Both the position numbers and the translations under genes were made by a program. Below the pieces are notes generated by a model. It worked only from the letters and a program-made list of their open reading frames with translations. It searched no databases and was not told where the DNA came from. Shown here one piece after another: positions 19,274 to 28,285 of a DNA stretch of 64,000 bases. The DNA comes from Candidatus Zipacnadum vermilionense (GTDB taxonomy: Bacteria; Armatimonadota; Zipacnadia; Zipacnadales; Zipacnadaceae), in contig JALGSV010000017.1 in NCBI GenBank assembly GCA_029821755.1, forward strand, positions 7,429 to 71,428, read 5' to 3'. Every line of letters begins with the position of its first letter. The first letter of the stretch is position 1.

Positions 19274-19411
19274 GGGCAGAAGGTGAGGCTAGGGTGACCC
19301 AGGCCGGGGTCGTGCAGGGAGACACTCCCCCGCGGCCTCAAGAAGCAGCCGGACGGGGGTTGAACACGCCCTAAACGCAACTGGCTCACACCATTTCCGA
19401 AGGAACCAAAC

Positions 19412-20125
19412 ATGCAAACTATCAAGACCCTCCTGCTCACGGGCCAGAACAACCACGACTGGCAGCGCTCGACGCCCTTTGTGCGGGACTTGCTGGAGGC
19501 CACCGGGAAGTTCTCGGTGGACGTGGCTGACGACCCCAGCCGGACGCTGTCGTGCTCGGCGGAATTGGCGCAATATAGCCTGATCTTCTCCGACTACAAC
19601 GGGCCGGAGTGGGACGCCCTGGCTCAGGAGAACTTCGCCGCCGTGGTCGGGAACGGGACCGGGCTGGTGATCTTGCACGCCGCGGACAACACCTTCCCCG
19701 GCTGGGTGGAGTACGAGAAGATGGGCGGGATCATGTGGCGGGAAGGCGCGGGGCACGGGGCCTTCCACGAGTTCCCCGTGACCATCCGCGACCACGAGCA
19801 CCCCATCACCCGCGGCGTGGGGGACTTCCTGATCTGGGATGAGCTGTACGCCAACCTCAGCCACATGCACGGGGTGCCGTACGAGGTGCTGGCCACGGGC
19901 TTCTCCGCCACCGAATCCGGTGGTACGGGTAAAGACGAGCCGGTGATGGTCACTACCCAGTACGGCCAGGGCCGCGTGTTCCACATGGTGCTGGGGCACG
20001 TCTGGCCGGTAGGCGAGGATCCCACCTACAAGGGCTCGACGATGATCACCTTCGAGAACGCCGGCTTCCAGACAACGCTCGTGCGAGGGTGCGAGTGGGC
20101 GGCGACGGGTGAGGTGGCGGACTGA
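19412..20125 (+). CDS. ThuA-like (trehalose-utilisation / class-I glutamine-amidotransferase-like) protein
   Basis: 237 aa. The ThuA family pattern is LLLTGQNNHDW...FSDYNGPEW...GLVILHAADNTFPGW...GHGAFHEFP. Confidence 0.65.
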   Translation: MQTIKTLLLTGQNNHDWQRSTPFVRDLLEATGKFSVDVADDPSRTLSCSAELAQYSLIFSDYNGPEWDALAQENFAAVVGNGTGLVILHAADNTFPGWVEYEKMGGIMWREGAGHGAFHEFPVTIRDHEHPITRGVGDFLIWDELYANLSHMHGVPYEVLATGFSATESGGTGKDEPVMVTTQYGQGRVFHMVLGHVWPVGEDPTYKGSTMITFENAGFQTTLVRGCEWAATGEVAD

Positions 20126-20603
20126 GCGCGAGCACGGCCGGCGCCATCCTTCCCGGTACAAGCTGCGCCAGGGAGGGGGGCTGGCAGTGGGCATGGGGGA
20201 GATACTGGACGGGAAGCCGATGGAGCAACTAGGCGGGATGGCGAAGCGCTGGCGCCAGGGCCTGGCCCGTCCCCCGATTCCCCGGGGGCTGTAGTACCTC
20301 ATGGGGAACTGGGGCTGGAAACGTGAGGCAAAGAAGCACGGCGCCCGGCGGCGGCTCTATCGCTGCCCCTTGCCATACTCTGACGGAAGAGGTGTCCTGG
20401 GAGTAGGTCCTCGCCTTCCACGAGGCAATGGAGGAGTACAGAGACTATCCGCATCCCGGAGGGGCCGCATAGGTGGCTCACGCGGAAGGCGCGAGACGCA
20501 AGTTCGCACGCGAACTCAGCCTATGCGGCTCACGCTCGCCCCGAAGCACCGACCAGGCGTTGCTCCAACTAACGCGCGCTTCGCGCGCTTGAGGTGATTA
20601 CCC

Positions 20604-21614
20604 ATGCCCGGCAATCCCACTATCGTCTTCGCCGCCCCCTGCGAGGTCGTCATCGAGGATCGTGACGTCCCCTCCCCCGGCCCCGGTGAGTTGCTCATCC
20701 GCACCCGGCTGACCCTCATCAGCACCGGCACCGAGCTAACCATCCTGGAGGGCAAGTACCCGCCCGGCTCCGCCTGGGCGCGCTACGGCAAGTTCCCCTT
20801 CGCCGCCGGCTACAACAACATCGGGGAGGTCGTCGGGGTCGGACCGGAAGTAGCCGAGGAGTGGATTGGCCGCCGGATTGCCACCCAGGGGAACCACGCA
20901 CAGTACCTGTGCCTGCCGCCCGCCCTCGCGCGGCCGATCCGGCCGGAGGTTGCCGACGAACAGGCGGTCTTCTTCACCATCGCCGAGATCGTGATGAACG
21001 GCATGCGCCGCGGCGGGGTGACCTGGGGGGAGGCCGCGGTGGTCAATGGCCTGGGGCTGTTGGGGCAGCTCGCAGTGCGCCTCTGCCGCCTGGCCGCAGC
21101 ACGCCCGGTCTTCGCCGTGGACCCCGCCGGCCCCCGGCGGGCGTGTCTGCCCGAGGATCCCGGCATAGTACCCGTCAACCCGCTGGAGCAGGACCTCGCG
21201 GAGCTCGTGGCGACCATGACCCGCGGGCGCAAGGCCGACGTGGTTTTTGAGGTCACTGGCAACCCCGACCTGATTCCGGGCCAGGTCTCCGCCTTGCGTC
21301 GCCAGGGGCGATTCGTGATACTCAGCAGTCCCAAGGGCCCCTCGCTGTTCGACTTCCACGACCTGTGCAACAGCCCCAGCTTCACCATCATCGGGGCGCA
21401 CAACGGCTCGCACCCGAAGTGCGAAGAAGGCGATAATCCCTGGACCATGCTCCGCCACGCGGAGCTGTTCTTCGACCTGCTGGCCCAGGGCGCCCTGGAC
21501 ATGACGCCGCTCATCAGCCACCGGGCCCCCTACACCGACGCTCCCATGCTCTACCAGATGCTGGTGGAGGACCGCTCTCAGGCGATGGGGGTGCTGCTGC
21601 GCTGGGGGGAGTAG
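20604..21614 (+). CDS. medium-chain (zinc-type) dehydrogenase/reductase family oxidoreductase
   Basis: A GroES-like N-domain (GPGELLIRTRLTLISTGTE) is followed by a Rossmann domain (VVNGLGLLGQLAV). It is paralogous to the gene at 57184-58200 (about 50% aa identity by eye). Confidence 0.7.
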   Translation: MPGNPTIVFAAPCEVVIEDRDVPSPGPGELLIRTRLTLISTGTELTILEGKYPPGSAWARYGKFPFAAGYNNIGEVVGVGPEVAEEWIGRRIATQGNHAQYLCLPPALARPIRPEVADEQAVFFTIAEIVMNGMRRGGVTWGEAAVVNGLGLLGQLAVRLCRLAAARPVFAVDPAGPRRACLPEDPGIVPVNPLEQDLAELVATMTRGRKADVVFEVTGNPDLIPGQVSALRRQGRFVILSSPKGPSLFDFHDLCNSPSFTIIGAHNGSHPKCEEGDNPWTMLRHAELFFDLLAQGALDMTPLISHRAPYTDAPMLYQMLVEDRSQAMGVLLRWGE

Positions 21615-21647
21615 GCACGCGCAGGTGCAGAGGACTGGACCGCTCCC

Positions 21648-22274
21648 ATGCTCAAAGACCTCACCACCGTCCAAAAGGCCGTCCTCGTCACCCTGGTGGC
21701 AGTGATCGTGCTCTCGGCGGCGGCCGTGGCCTTTCGCCGGGGCCAGTCGCTGCCACCGGACGAGACCGCACCTACTGCCCGCGCTGCCTCGCCCGCGGCC
21801 GCGCGCCCCGTGACCGTGCAGGTCACCGGCGCGGTGCTGCATCCGGGCGTATACATCTTGCAAAATGGTGACCGAGCCGGCGAGGCCATCGAGGCGGCCG
21901 GAGGAGTGACGTCGGACGCGGACGCCGCGGGGGTCAACTTCGCCCGGCGTCTGCGCGACGGTCAACACCTGCAGATCCCCCACCGGCGTTCGACGCCTCC
22001 CGCCTCCCCAAGGGCCCCGGTCTCCACCTCTTCTACGTCCCGCCCGCCGCGCCCGGCGCCGCCTCCCCCTTCCGCCGCGCCCTCTCCGGTCAACCTCAAC
22101 GCCGCCGACGCGGCGCAGTTGGCCCGCCTCCCCGGCCTGTCCCGCGCCCTGGCCGAACGTCTCGTCGCCTATCGCACCGTCCACGGTCAGTTCCGGCGTC
22201 TCGAGGAAACGCTCCTGGTGAAGGGTATGACGCCGGCGATTCTGGAGCAGGCGCGGCCATATCTGAGCCTCTGA
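21648..22274 (+). CDS. comEA: competence protein ComEA (SLBB + tandem helix-hairpin-helix)
   Basis: N-terminal TM segment. SLBB domain: VTVQVTGAVLHPGVYILQNGDRAGEAIEAAGG. C-terminal HhH: VNLNAADAAQLARLPGLSRALAERLVAYRTVHGQFRRLEE. Confidence 0.75.
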   Translation: MLKDLTTVQKAVLVTLVAVIVLSAAAVAFRRGQSLPPDETAPTARAASPAAARPVTVQVTGAVLHPGVYILQNGDRAGEAIEAAGGVTSDADAAGVNFARRLRDGQHLQIPHRRSTPPASPRAPVSTSSTSRPPRPAPPPPSAAPSPVNLNAADAAQLARLPGLSRALAERLVAYRTVHGQFRRLEETLLVKGMTPAILEQARPYLSL

Positions 22275-22299
22275 GCGATGCGCCCACCGCGGCAACGAC

Positions 22300-22327
22300 G
22301 AGAGCCTCCCTACTGAGGGAGGCTCTC
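22300..22327. terminator. bidirectional hairpin terminator between convergent genes (GAGAGCCTCCC-TACT-GAGGGAGGCTCTC)
   Basis: 11-13 bp GC-rich stem with a 4-nt loop, flanked by comEA (+) and the gene at 22357 (-). Confidence 0.6.
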
Positions 22328-22356
22328 GACTCTCTCTGCTACTATTCCTCTTCGCC

Positions 22357-24519
22357 CTACCTTCCCACGCCCGACGACACCGCCGCCAGCAGGGCCTCCG
22401 CGGTCAGCGGATTGGGCGACTCCACTACCCACAGCGCTTCCTGCCCGCCCAGCAGCCCGGCGGTGGCCGACTCTCCTAGCGGGACGCGCGGCATCTCCAC
22501 CTGCCGCATGTAAGTGCGCACGGTTGCCCCCGCCGGGATGGCCAGGAGTTGCTGCTGGAAGTGCCGCGACAGGTTCACCACCCAGACGAGCGCTTTACGT
22601 CCGCCCGGCTCCACCAGCGCCGCCGCGGCTCCGTGGGTGAGCGCCTTCACCTGCACCTCGCCCTCCGCGGTCGCCGGGCGGATGATCGTCGCCACGTAGG
22701 CATAGTCCCCGGCCTGCCAGGGCGCGCCCCGCTCCAGCGTCGGGTACCAGGAGGCGCGGGGAGCGGGCTCGTCCTGGCCCTCGGCAAAGTAGAAGCCGCC
22801 CTGTTCCTCCAGGCGTTCCAGAGTCACCGCCAAGTCGCCGTAGTTGAAGGCCCAATACCGGTCGGTGCGCTCGGCCTGGTCCAGCGGGCGCTCCTGAGGC
22901 GACAGGCGCCAGCGCATCCGCGCTACGTCTTGTCCCTCGACTGCGCCCCCGTCCGCATGGCAGTGGAGCGCGGTCAGACCGATCAGATGGTCCCGCCAGA
23001 CCGCCCAGTGCTGCACCTGGTCCCAGTCGGCGTACTGATTGGCCCCGCCCTCGCCGCCCAAGAAGGGCATATCGCCCCAGTACGGCACGCACAGCCGCGA
23101 TACGCAACTGACCGCCGCCAGCCCCTGGGCCTCCGTGAAGGTCACGGTCGGGTCCCAGTCCACGCAGGCGAAGCGCGTGCGGTAGCCGGCGGGTTGATTC
23201 TCCGCCGCCTCGCGGAAGTCGCGCATGACCTCCAGATACACTCCGTCCACCGCCGCCCCCAACGGGGCCAGCGGCTCGCGGGGGTCGCACAGGTACGCCC
23301 CGGCCAGGCTGTCGTTCATCTGCCGGGTGCCCACCGCCGCGGTGAAATCATCCCAGTGGGAGCGTACGCCCCGGAAGGAGCCGTCCACCATCACCCGCCG
23401 GTCCGGCAGCGGGGTAGGTTCAGGCAGCGTGTTCCTCTCCAGCAGCCGCAACGCAGCGGCATCGAAGGTGGTCAAGTGGTAGTTGTACCAGTGCCAGCCG
23501 GTGTCGGAGAAGGTGGGCACGCGGTTCTCCACATTGTCCGCCTGGAGCAGCACGGCCCGATCTGCCACCGTCCGGTTGGCTCCGTCGCCAGTGGAGGCCG
23601 CGATCATCACCCCTACGCCGGGGACGAGGAAGTTCCAGAAGGTGTGCTTGACCCAAGACTGCTCGGCGTCGGTCTCCCAGCCGCTGCGGTGCTGGACGGC
23701 GGGGAAGTAGGGGGCCATTCGCTTGAGCATGTCCAGCGCGTAGTCGTCGCCGGTTACGTCCCAGTACAGGGCGACCGACTTGACGACCATGTGCTGGTAG
23801 CCGTGCTGGGGCTGGGAGCGGCAGAAGTACGCCATGCCCCCGCCCGGGTACAGCCAGTCGCCATACCGCCGGATCGAGAGCGCCGCCTCCTGCTTGTACT
23901 TCTCGTCGCCGGTAACCTTCCACGCCGCAGCCAGGCCGGAGAGGTAGTACATCTCCGGGTTGGCGTACTGTCCGGCCAGCGCGCTGGGCTGGTAGGGGCC
24001 GAAGTGCTGGGAGATCATGGTGTGGTCGGCGATCTTGACGACGGCTTCCCGCCAGGCCTGCGCGCGCGCCGCGTCCACGTCCCCCGTCTCCAGCCACGAC
24101 AGGGCCGCCCAGGCGTACGATTGGAGCATGAACTGCGCCCCTAGGCCGCCATCGTCCCAGTTGCCATCAGGCTTGATCTTGGGCAGCGCATCCATCATGG
24201 CGAAAGCCCGCTGGCGCAGGACCTCGTTCTTGTGAAAACGACTCCAGGGGTACTGGTAGGCCGCGGCGCCGATCCAGGCGACATTGGCGTCTTCGGCGTT
24301 GCCGTAGATGACGATCTTGGCCGGATCGGTCTCCTCCGTATTCACCCGGTTAAGCCCCTCGGCCGCCCGGAGCTGGATGACGTGCCGCATGAAGGGCTCC
24401 ACCAGCCGCGGGCAGGGGCCGAAGTCGGTAGGGAGTTTGGGGATAGGTTCGGCGGCAAGAGGCAGGGCCGCCAACGCCAGCAAACTCAGGCACAGTGCAA
24501 CGTAGGTCAGCCAAGTCAT
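22357..24519 (-). CDS. secreted hypothetical protein (720 aa), possible polysaccharide lyase / glycoside hydrolase-like
   Basis: Signal peptide MTWLTYVALCLSLLALAALPLAA. The protein is large and Trp/Tyr-rich. I recognise no diagnostic catalytic motif. The function call comes from the neighbourhood only. Confidence 0.45.
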   Translation of the reverse strand: MTWLTYVALCLSLLALAALPLAAEPIPKLPTDFGPCPRLVEPFMRHVIQLRAAEGLNRVNTEETDPAKIVIYGNAEDANVAWIGAAAYQYPWSRFHKNEVLRQRAFAMMDALPKIKPDGNWDDGGLGAQFMLQSYAWAALSWLETGDVDAARAQAWREAVVKIADHTMISQHFGPYQPSALAGQYANPEMYYLSGLAAAWKVTGDEKYKQEAALSIRRYGDWLYPGGGMAYFCRSQPQHGYQHMVVKSVALYWDVTGDDYALDMLKRMAPYFPAVQHRSGWETDAEQSWVKHTFWNFLVPGVGVMIAASTGDGANRTVADRAVLLQADNVENRVPTFSDTGWHWYNYHLTTFDAAALRLLERNTLPEPTPLPDRRVMVDGSFRGVRSHWDDFTAAVGTRQMNDSLAGAYLCDPREPLAPLGAAVDGVYLEVMRDFREAAENQPAGYRTRFACVDWDPTVTFTEAQGLAAVSCVSRLCVPYWGDMPFLGGEGGANQYADWDQVQHWAVWRDHLIGLTALHCHADGGAVEGQDVARMRWRLSPQERPLDQAERTDRYWAFNYGDLAVTLERLEEQGGFYFAEGQDEPAPRASWYPTLERGAPWQAGDYAYVATIIRPATAEGEVQVKALTHGAAAALVEPGGRKALVWVVNLSRHFQQQLLAIPAGATVRTYMRQVEMPRVPLGESATAGLLGGQEALWVVESPNPLTAEALLAAVSSGVGR

Positions 24520-24581
24520 GTAGAAGCCTCCCGGCTAGTAGTATGCGAACGAGGGGGCGGCCACACGCGCAGCGCTGCCCT

Positions 24582-25166
24582 CTATTCCTGGGGGCCTTGC
24601 GCCTGTTCGTCCGCGACCATGTGGGCTATCCTAACTCTTTCCCCATAGTCGGGCATATCTCGCGCGTCCCGCCCGGCTACTGCCCTCCAGAGGGCCGTCG
24701 CCTCTGGTCCCTGACCAAGCTCTGCCGCCGCCAGGTACTCCTCGAGCCCGCCCTCGGGGTTGTGCCAGCGAAACGCCAGCATCTCCGAAAGATGCGCGTA
24801 GAATTCCTCCGTCTTCTCCTCGTCGCCGCCGTAGAAGACGATGTGCGCGTGGGCGACCTCATGTACCAGGACGTACGGGCGCACTGGCGCCTGAAGGATG
24901 ATCAGCGGCGGTTCGCCCAATTCGGCCACTGCGCGCTGATAGCTCTGAACCTCCTTGGCGGGGTCCCCGGAGCGTCCAAGGTACTTCCCGAGAATGCACT
25001 CTTCGTCCGGCTCGCAGTACCGGAGAAAGCTTTCGCCCTCCAACTCGAACACGGGGGGGTCGACCCACCTGGTGTTGGGCGACGGCCATATCGCCGGCCA
25101 CATCGCCGCCAGGAACTCCATCGAGAAGTGCTCCTCGAGCAGGCTGCGCAGGTCTCTGATAGCCAT
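24582..25166 (-). CDS. hypothetical zincin-like protein with an HExxH motif (HEVAHAH)
   Basis: 194 aa. The segment VLVHEVAHAHIVFYGG is consistent with a minimal metallopeptidase-like fold. I cannot place the family. Confidence 0.4.
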   Translation of the reverse strand: MAIRDLRSLLEEHFSMEFLAAMWPAIWPSPNTRWVDPPVFELEGESFLRYCEPDEECILGKYLGRSGDPAKEVQSYQRAVAELGEPPLIILQAPVRPYVLVHEVAHAHIVFYGGDEEKTEEFYAHLSEMLAFRWHNPEGGLEEYLAAAELGQGPEATALWRAVAGRDARDMPDYGERVRIAHMVADEQAQGPQE

Positions 25167-25208
25167 CGTCCTCCTATCAAAGCGGGCGCCCGGAACTCAG
25201 ACCGCTCA

Positions 25209-25742
25209 CTAGTGGAGCGCAATTCTGGGCACGAGGGCAGCGGCCGCGCAACCTGCCGCGAAGAAGAGCACCGCTACGAAGGGAACCGCGCAAACCCAAC
25301 GCGCAAGGGATTCCAGCGGCACGGTTCTTCCCCCAAAGTCGAACGTGGGTTGCTGGCCGAACGCGACCATCCCGTACGCCATGGTCAGCGGTATCGCGCA
25401 TAGCACGATCGCGACAAACACGGCCCGCGTGCCGCACTCTCCAGTCAGGAGAGCCCCCAGTACCACGACCACAAGACCACAAAGAACAAGTGTTCCGATG
25501 GCTGCCAGAACTGGTGGCCAGACAAAGGACCAGTCGCGCTGCGCCTCCTCGCCAATCTCGGCCAGCTTGCGGCGAAGGAGTTCGAGTTCGCGGCGCGACG
25601 CCCAAGCATGACACGATGCGAAGCAAGCGATCCCGATGAAGACCCCAACGGCTACCCCCACGAAAAGCAGTATCACCGGCAGGCCCAAAAACCCGGCGAA
25701 GAGCCAGAAGATGCCCTCGAAGAAGTCCAGAATGACGTGCAA
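25209..25742 (-). CDS. hypothetical integral membrane protein (4-5 TM)
   Basis: 177 aa with multiple hydrophobic helices. It has the same orientation as the flanking small genes. Confidence 0.45.
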   Translation of the reverse strand: MHVILDFFEGIFWLFAGFLGLPVILLFVGVAVGVFIGIACFASCHAWASRRELELLRRKLAEIGEEAQRDWSFVWPPVLAAIGTLVLCGLVVVVLGALLTGECGTRAVFVAIVLCAIPLTMAYGMVAFGQQPTFDFGGRTVPLESLARWVCAVPFVAVLFFAAGCAAAALVPRIALH

Positions 25743-25870
25743 CGTGTTGGCTCCTTCATGTCGCTAGATTAGGGCTTCAGCCCTTGGCCGGTTGCGTCCG
25801 TCTGGGGCTCTTGCGCCGCACGCCACAAAGGATCGCCTCCACGGACGGCGGGATGAAGCCCTTGCACAAG

Positions 25871-26206
25871 CTACGTCCAACGACCCCTGAATAGCCCGCG
25901 GCTCAGCAGCACGGTCAAGAGCGCGGATAGCCCCACGCCTGCCATCCAACCGATGGCACCCAGAACGACCGCTCCAATGAAGAGGCCAAGCAGCCAACCA
26001 AGGACGGCACCGGTGATCGCTCCCAGGACCCCGCCGACTCGCGTAGCAGTCGCGAACCTCCGCCCGGGAGGATATCGGAAGCCACATCTTCTGCAGTCAT
26101 AGCCGTTGGCCGTCGCCTCCATAGACAAGAGGCACCGGGGACATACCCCCCTCATCGCCAACTCCAGCCGTTCCTGGTCAGATTCAGGGAGTTCCGGGGA
26201 CACCAC
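25871..26206 (-). CDS. zinc-ribbon (CPRC...CRRC) protein with C-terminal TM helices
   Basis: 111 aa. It has a CxxC-x15-CxxC motif followed by a Gly/Ala/Leu-rich membrane segment. Confidence 0.45.
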   Translation of the reverse strand: MVSPELPESDQERLELAMRGVCPRCLLSMEATANGYDCRRCGFRYPPGRRFATATRVGGVLGAITGAVLGWLLGLFIGAVVLGAIGWMAGVGLSALLTVLLSRGLFRGRWT

Positions 26207-26353
26207 ACTAATCCCCCCCTTTCCGCCCCGCGTTCAGGCGTACATCAGCCGGCCGCGGGGGACGGGGATTTCTCGGCCTAGCTCTTGGGCGGACTCGATC
26301 CGCTCGGTGATCGCCACCCGCGCCCATCCGCCCGGCGTGCTGCCGGGCGCTCT

Positions 26354-26890
26354 CTAGTCCCCGAACCTCGCCGCGAAGTCCTCATCCGCGACGGTGCGCA
26401 GGATTTCGCCGAAGTAGCAGCGGTGGAAATCACCTGCGGGGTAGGCGCCGGTGATGATCTCGGGCGCCAGGTGCTCCGGGATTACGTCGTTGTGGTGCAC
26501 CACGTTGCACTCGTACACCAGCCCGCACTCGGCGATGCCCGGCGAGGTCACAGTCGCGCTGGGCAGCGGGGTGAAGCCGCACTCGGCGTACTTGTCCAGG
26601 TCCCGCCCCGACCGGGTGCCACACGTCAGCACCTCCTGGGCGTGGATGGGGTACGGTATGTTCACCGTGAAGTCGCCGGTCGCCTCGAGGCATCCGTAGG
26701 TGTAGCGCGAGGGCCGGACCAGACACATGTAGATCGGCTTCCCCCAGATCACGCCGATGGTCCCCCAGCCGATTGCCATGGGGTTGGGCCGTCCGTTGGC
26801 ATCCGACGAGACCAGCAGCGCCCCGTCGCGCGTTAGCGCCGCCGTCGCCTCCCGCAGATACAGGTCAAACGGGACCTCGAGCTTGGCCAT
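26354..26890 (-). CDS. flavin reductase-like (FMN-binding split-barrel) domain protein
   Basis: LLVSSDANGRPNPMAIGWGTIG... is typical of the flavin reductase / HpaC-like domain. Confidence 0.65.
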   Translation of the reverse strand: MAKLEVPFDLYLREATAALTRDGALLVSSDANGRPNPMAIGWGTIGVIWGKPIYMCLVRPSRYTYGCLEATGDFTVNIPYPIHAQEVLTCGTRSGRDLDKYAECGFTPLPSATVTSPGIAECGLVYECNVVHHNDVIPEHLAPEIITGAYPAGDFHRCYFGEILRTVADEDFAARFGD

Positions 26891-27070
26891 TCGTCATCCC
26901 TCCTGAGCAGGTATGGTCGGCTCCCAAGTCGGTATAGGGTCCTATTCGCTTGGCCGCTTTGGTCTTCCTGCGCAGGGAAGGAAGGTCCCTTGCGGAATTC
27001 CCCAGCAAGAGGGCCGCTGGCGGCTCAGCACCGTCCCGCCCTCTTGCAGCGGCCGCTCAGCCCGCCGTCG

Positions 27071-27349
27071 TCAAGGCACTCGCTTCGTCTCCACCCGTCC
27101 ATCGGCCCTCACGTAAATCAGCGACTTGACGCGGGTAGTGGACCGGCGCAGGCGCGTCTGCTCAAAGGGGTCCTGCTCATACTCCGTCTCTGAGTTGCCC
27201 ACCACTACGCTGACGATCGGGTTAGGTTCGGCGGGGACCTGGACCACCGTCCCCGTCTCCGTTCCCTCCGCCCGGGCCAGGTGCGACCACCCGAGTACTC
27301 CCCCCGCCCCCAACACCGCTATCATCACGATCACCCAGTAAGTACGCAT
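27071..27349 (-). CDS. small exported hypothetical protein (93 aa)
   Basis: AAGGAGG lies 9 nt upstream of the ATG at 27349. The signal-like N-terminus is MRTYWVIVMIAVLGAGGVLGWSHLARA. Confidence 0.5.
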   Translation of the reverse strand: MRTYWVIVMIAVLGAGGVLGWSHLARAEGTETGTVVQVPAEPNPIVSVVVGNSETEYEQDPFEQTRLRRSTTRVKSLIYVRADGRVETKRVP

Positions 27350-27432
27350 GGCATCCGTCCTCCTTAACACCTCGACCCTCAACCTTAGACTCCCTCGTTC
27401 CACCCCTCTGAGGTCTGAAGTCTCCCCTTTGT

Positions 27433-28179
27433 ATGACACTCTCCGCGACCGCAAGTTCCCCTGCGGAAGGAGGTTACCCAATCTGCGCCGAAACAGCGCC
27501 CGTGCGCGTCGCCAGGATCTTCCTCCTCGCTTTCATCACTGGCCTCTCCGGCGCCCTGATGCCCGGGCCGCTGCTGGCCATGACCATCGGGCAGGTCTCC
27601 CTGACCGGCTCCTGGCTGGTGGTGCCGCTGATGATGGCGGGCCATGCGGCCCTGGAGCTGGTCGTGGTCAGCCTGCTTATCGCCGGGCTGGTACAGGCCC
27701 TCCGCGCTCGTTGGCCGCGCGGGATCATCAGCCTCGCTGGCGGGGCCGTTCTCCTGTGGATGAGCTACGGGATGCTGCGCAGCGCGGGCGGCATGGCCTT
27801 GGGAGCGGGCAGCGCCGAACGCGTCCTGTCCGCCTGGGAGTTGGTGCTGGCCGGCGTCGCCATTTCCGCGCTCAACCCGACCTTCCTCCCCTGGTGGGCC
27901 ACGGTTGGCGCGGGGGGCCTGACTCAGCTCGCCCCCCGGACCATCCCGGAGTACCTGTCCTTCTACCTGGGGCACGAGCTGTCCGACTTCGGCTGGTATG
28001 GGGTAGTCGGCCTGGCCCTGATTAGCGGCCGCGGCTTGCTCAGCCCCCGCGTCTACGGGGCCCTGGTGCTGCTGTGCGGCTGGGCGGTAGTCATCCTGGC
28101 CTTGTGGTTTATGTACACCGGCGTACAGGTATTGCGCGGGAAGCCTGAGAAAGAATCAACCCGAAATGCTGAACGATGA
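27433..28179 (+). CDS. LysE/RhtB-family amino-acid exporter (start uncertain)
   Basis: FITGLSGALMPGPLLAMTIG matches the LysE-type translocator N-terminal signature. There are 6 predicted TM helices. The true start may be the downstream GTG near 27502. Confidence 0.6.
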   Translation: MTLSATASSPAEGGYPICAETAPVRVARIFLLAFITGLSGALMPGPLLAMTIGQVSLTGSWLVVPLMMAGHAALELVVVSLLIAGLVQALRARWPRGIISLAGGAVLLWMSYGMLRSAGGMALGAGSAERVLSAWELVLAGVAISALNPTFLPWWATVGAGGLTQLAPRTIPEYLSFYLGHELSDFGWYGVVGLALISGRGLLSPRVYGALVLLCGWAVVILALWFMYTGVQVLRGKPEKESTRNAER

Positions 28180-28285
28180 TTGATGAGTCAAGGAGGAGAC
28201 CGGAACGGCCGACGGGGAGGTCTCTCGGTTCGCCGATCACCAAGCATCGATCATCAAGCATCGATTACCATAGGAGGTCCCTTCC

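Noticed and set aside
20736-22295. 519-aa minus-strand ORF
   Set aside because: It is antisense to the MDR dehydrogenase and comEA genes. The sequence is low-complexity.
22549-24144. 531-aa plus-strand ORF
   Set aside because: It is antisense to the 720-aa secreted-protein gene. It is Arg/Gly/Pro-rich.
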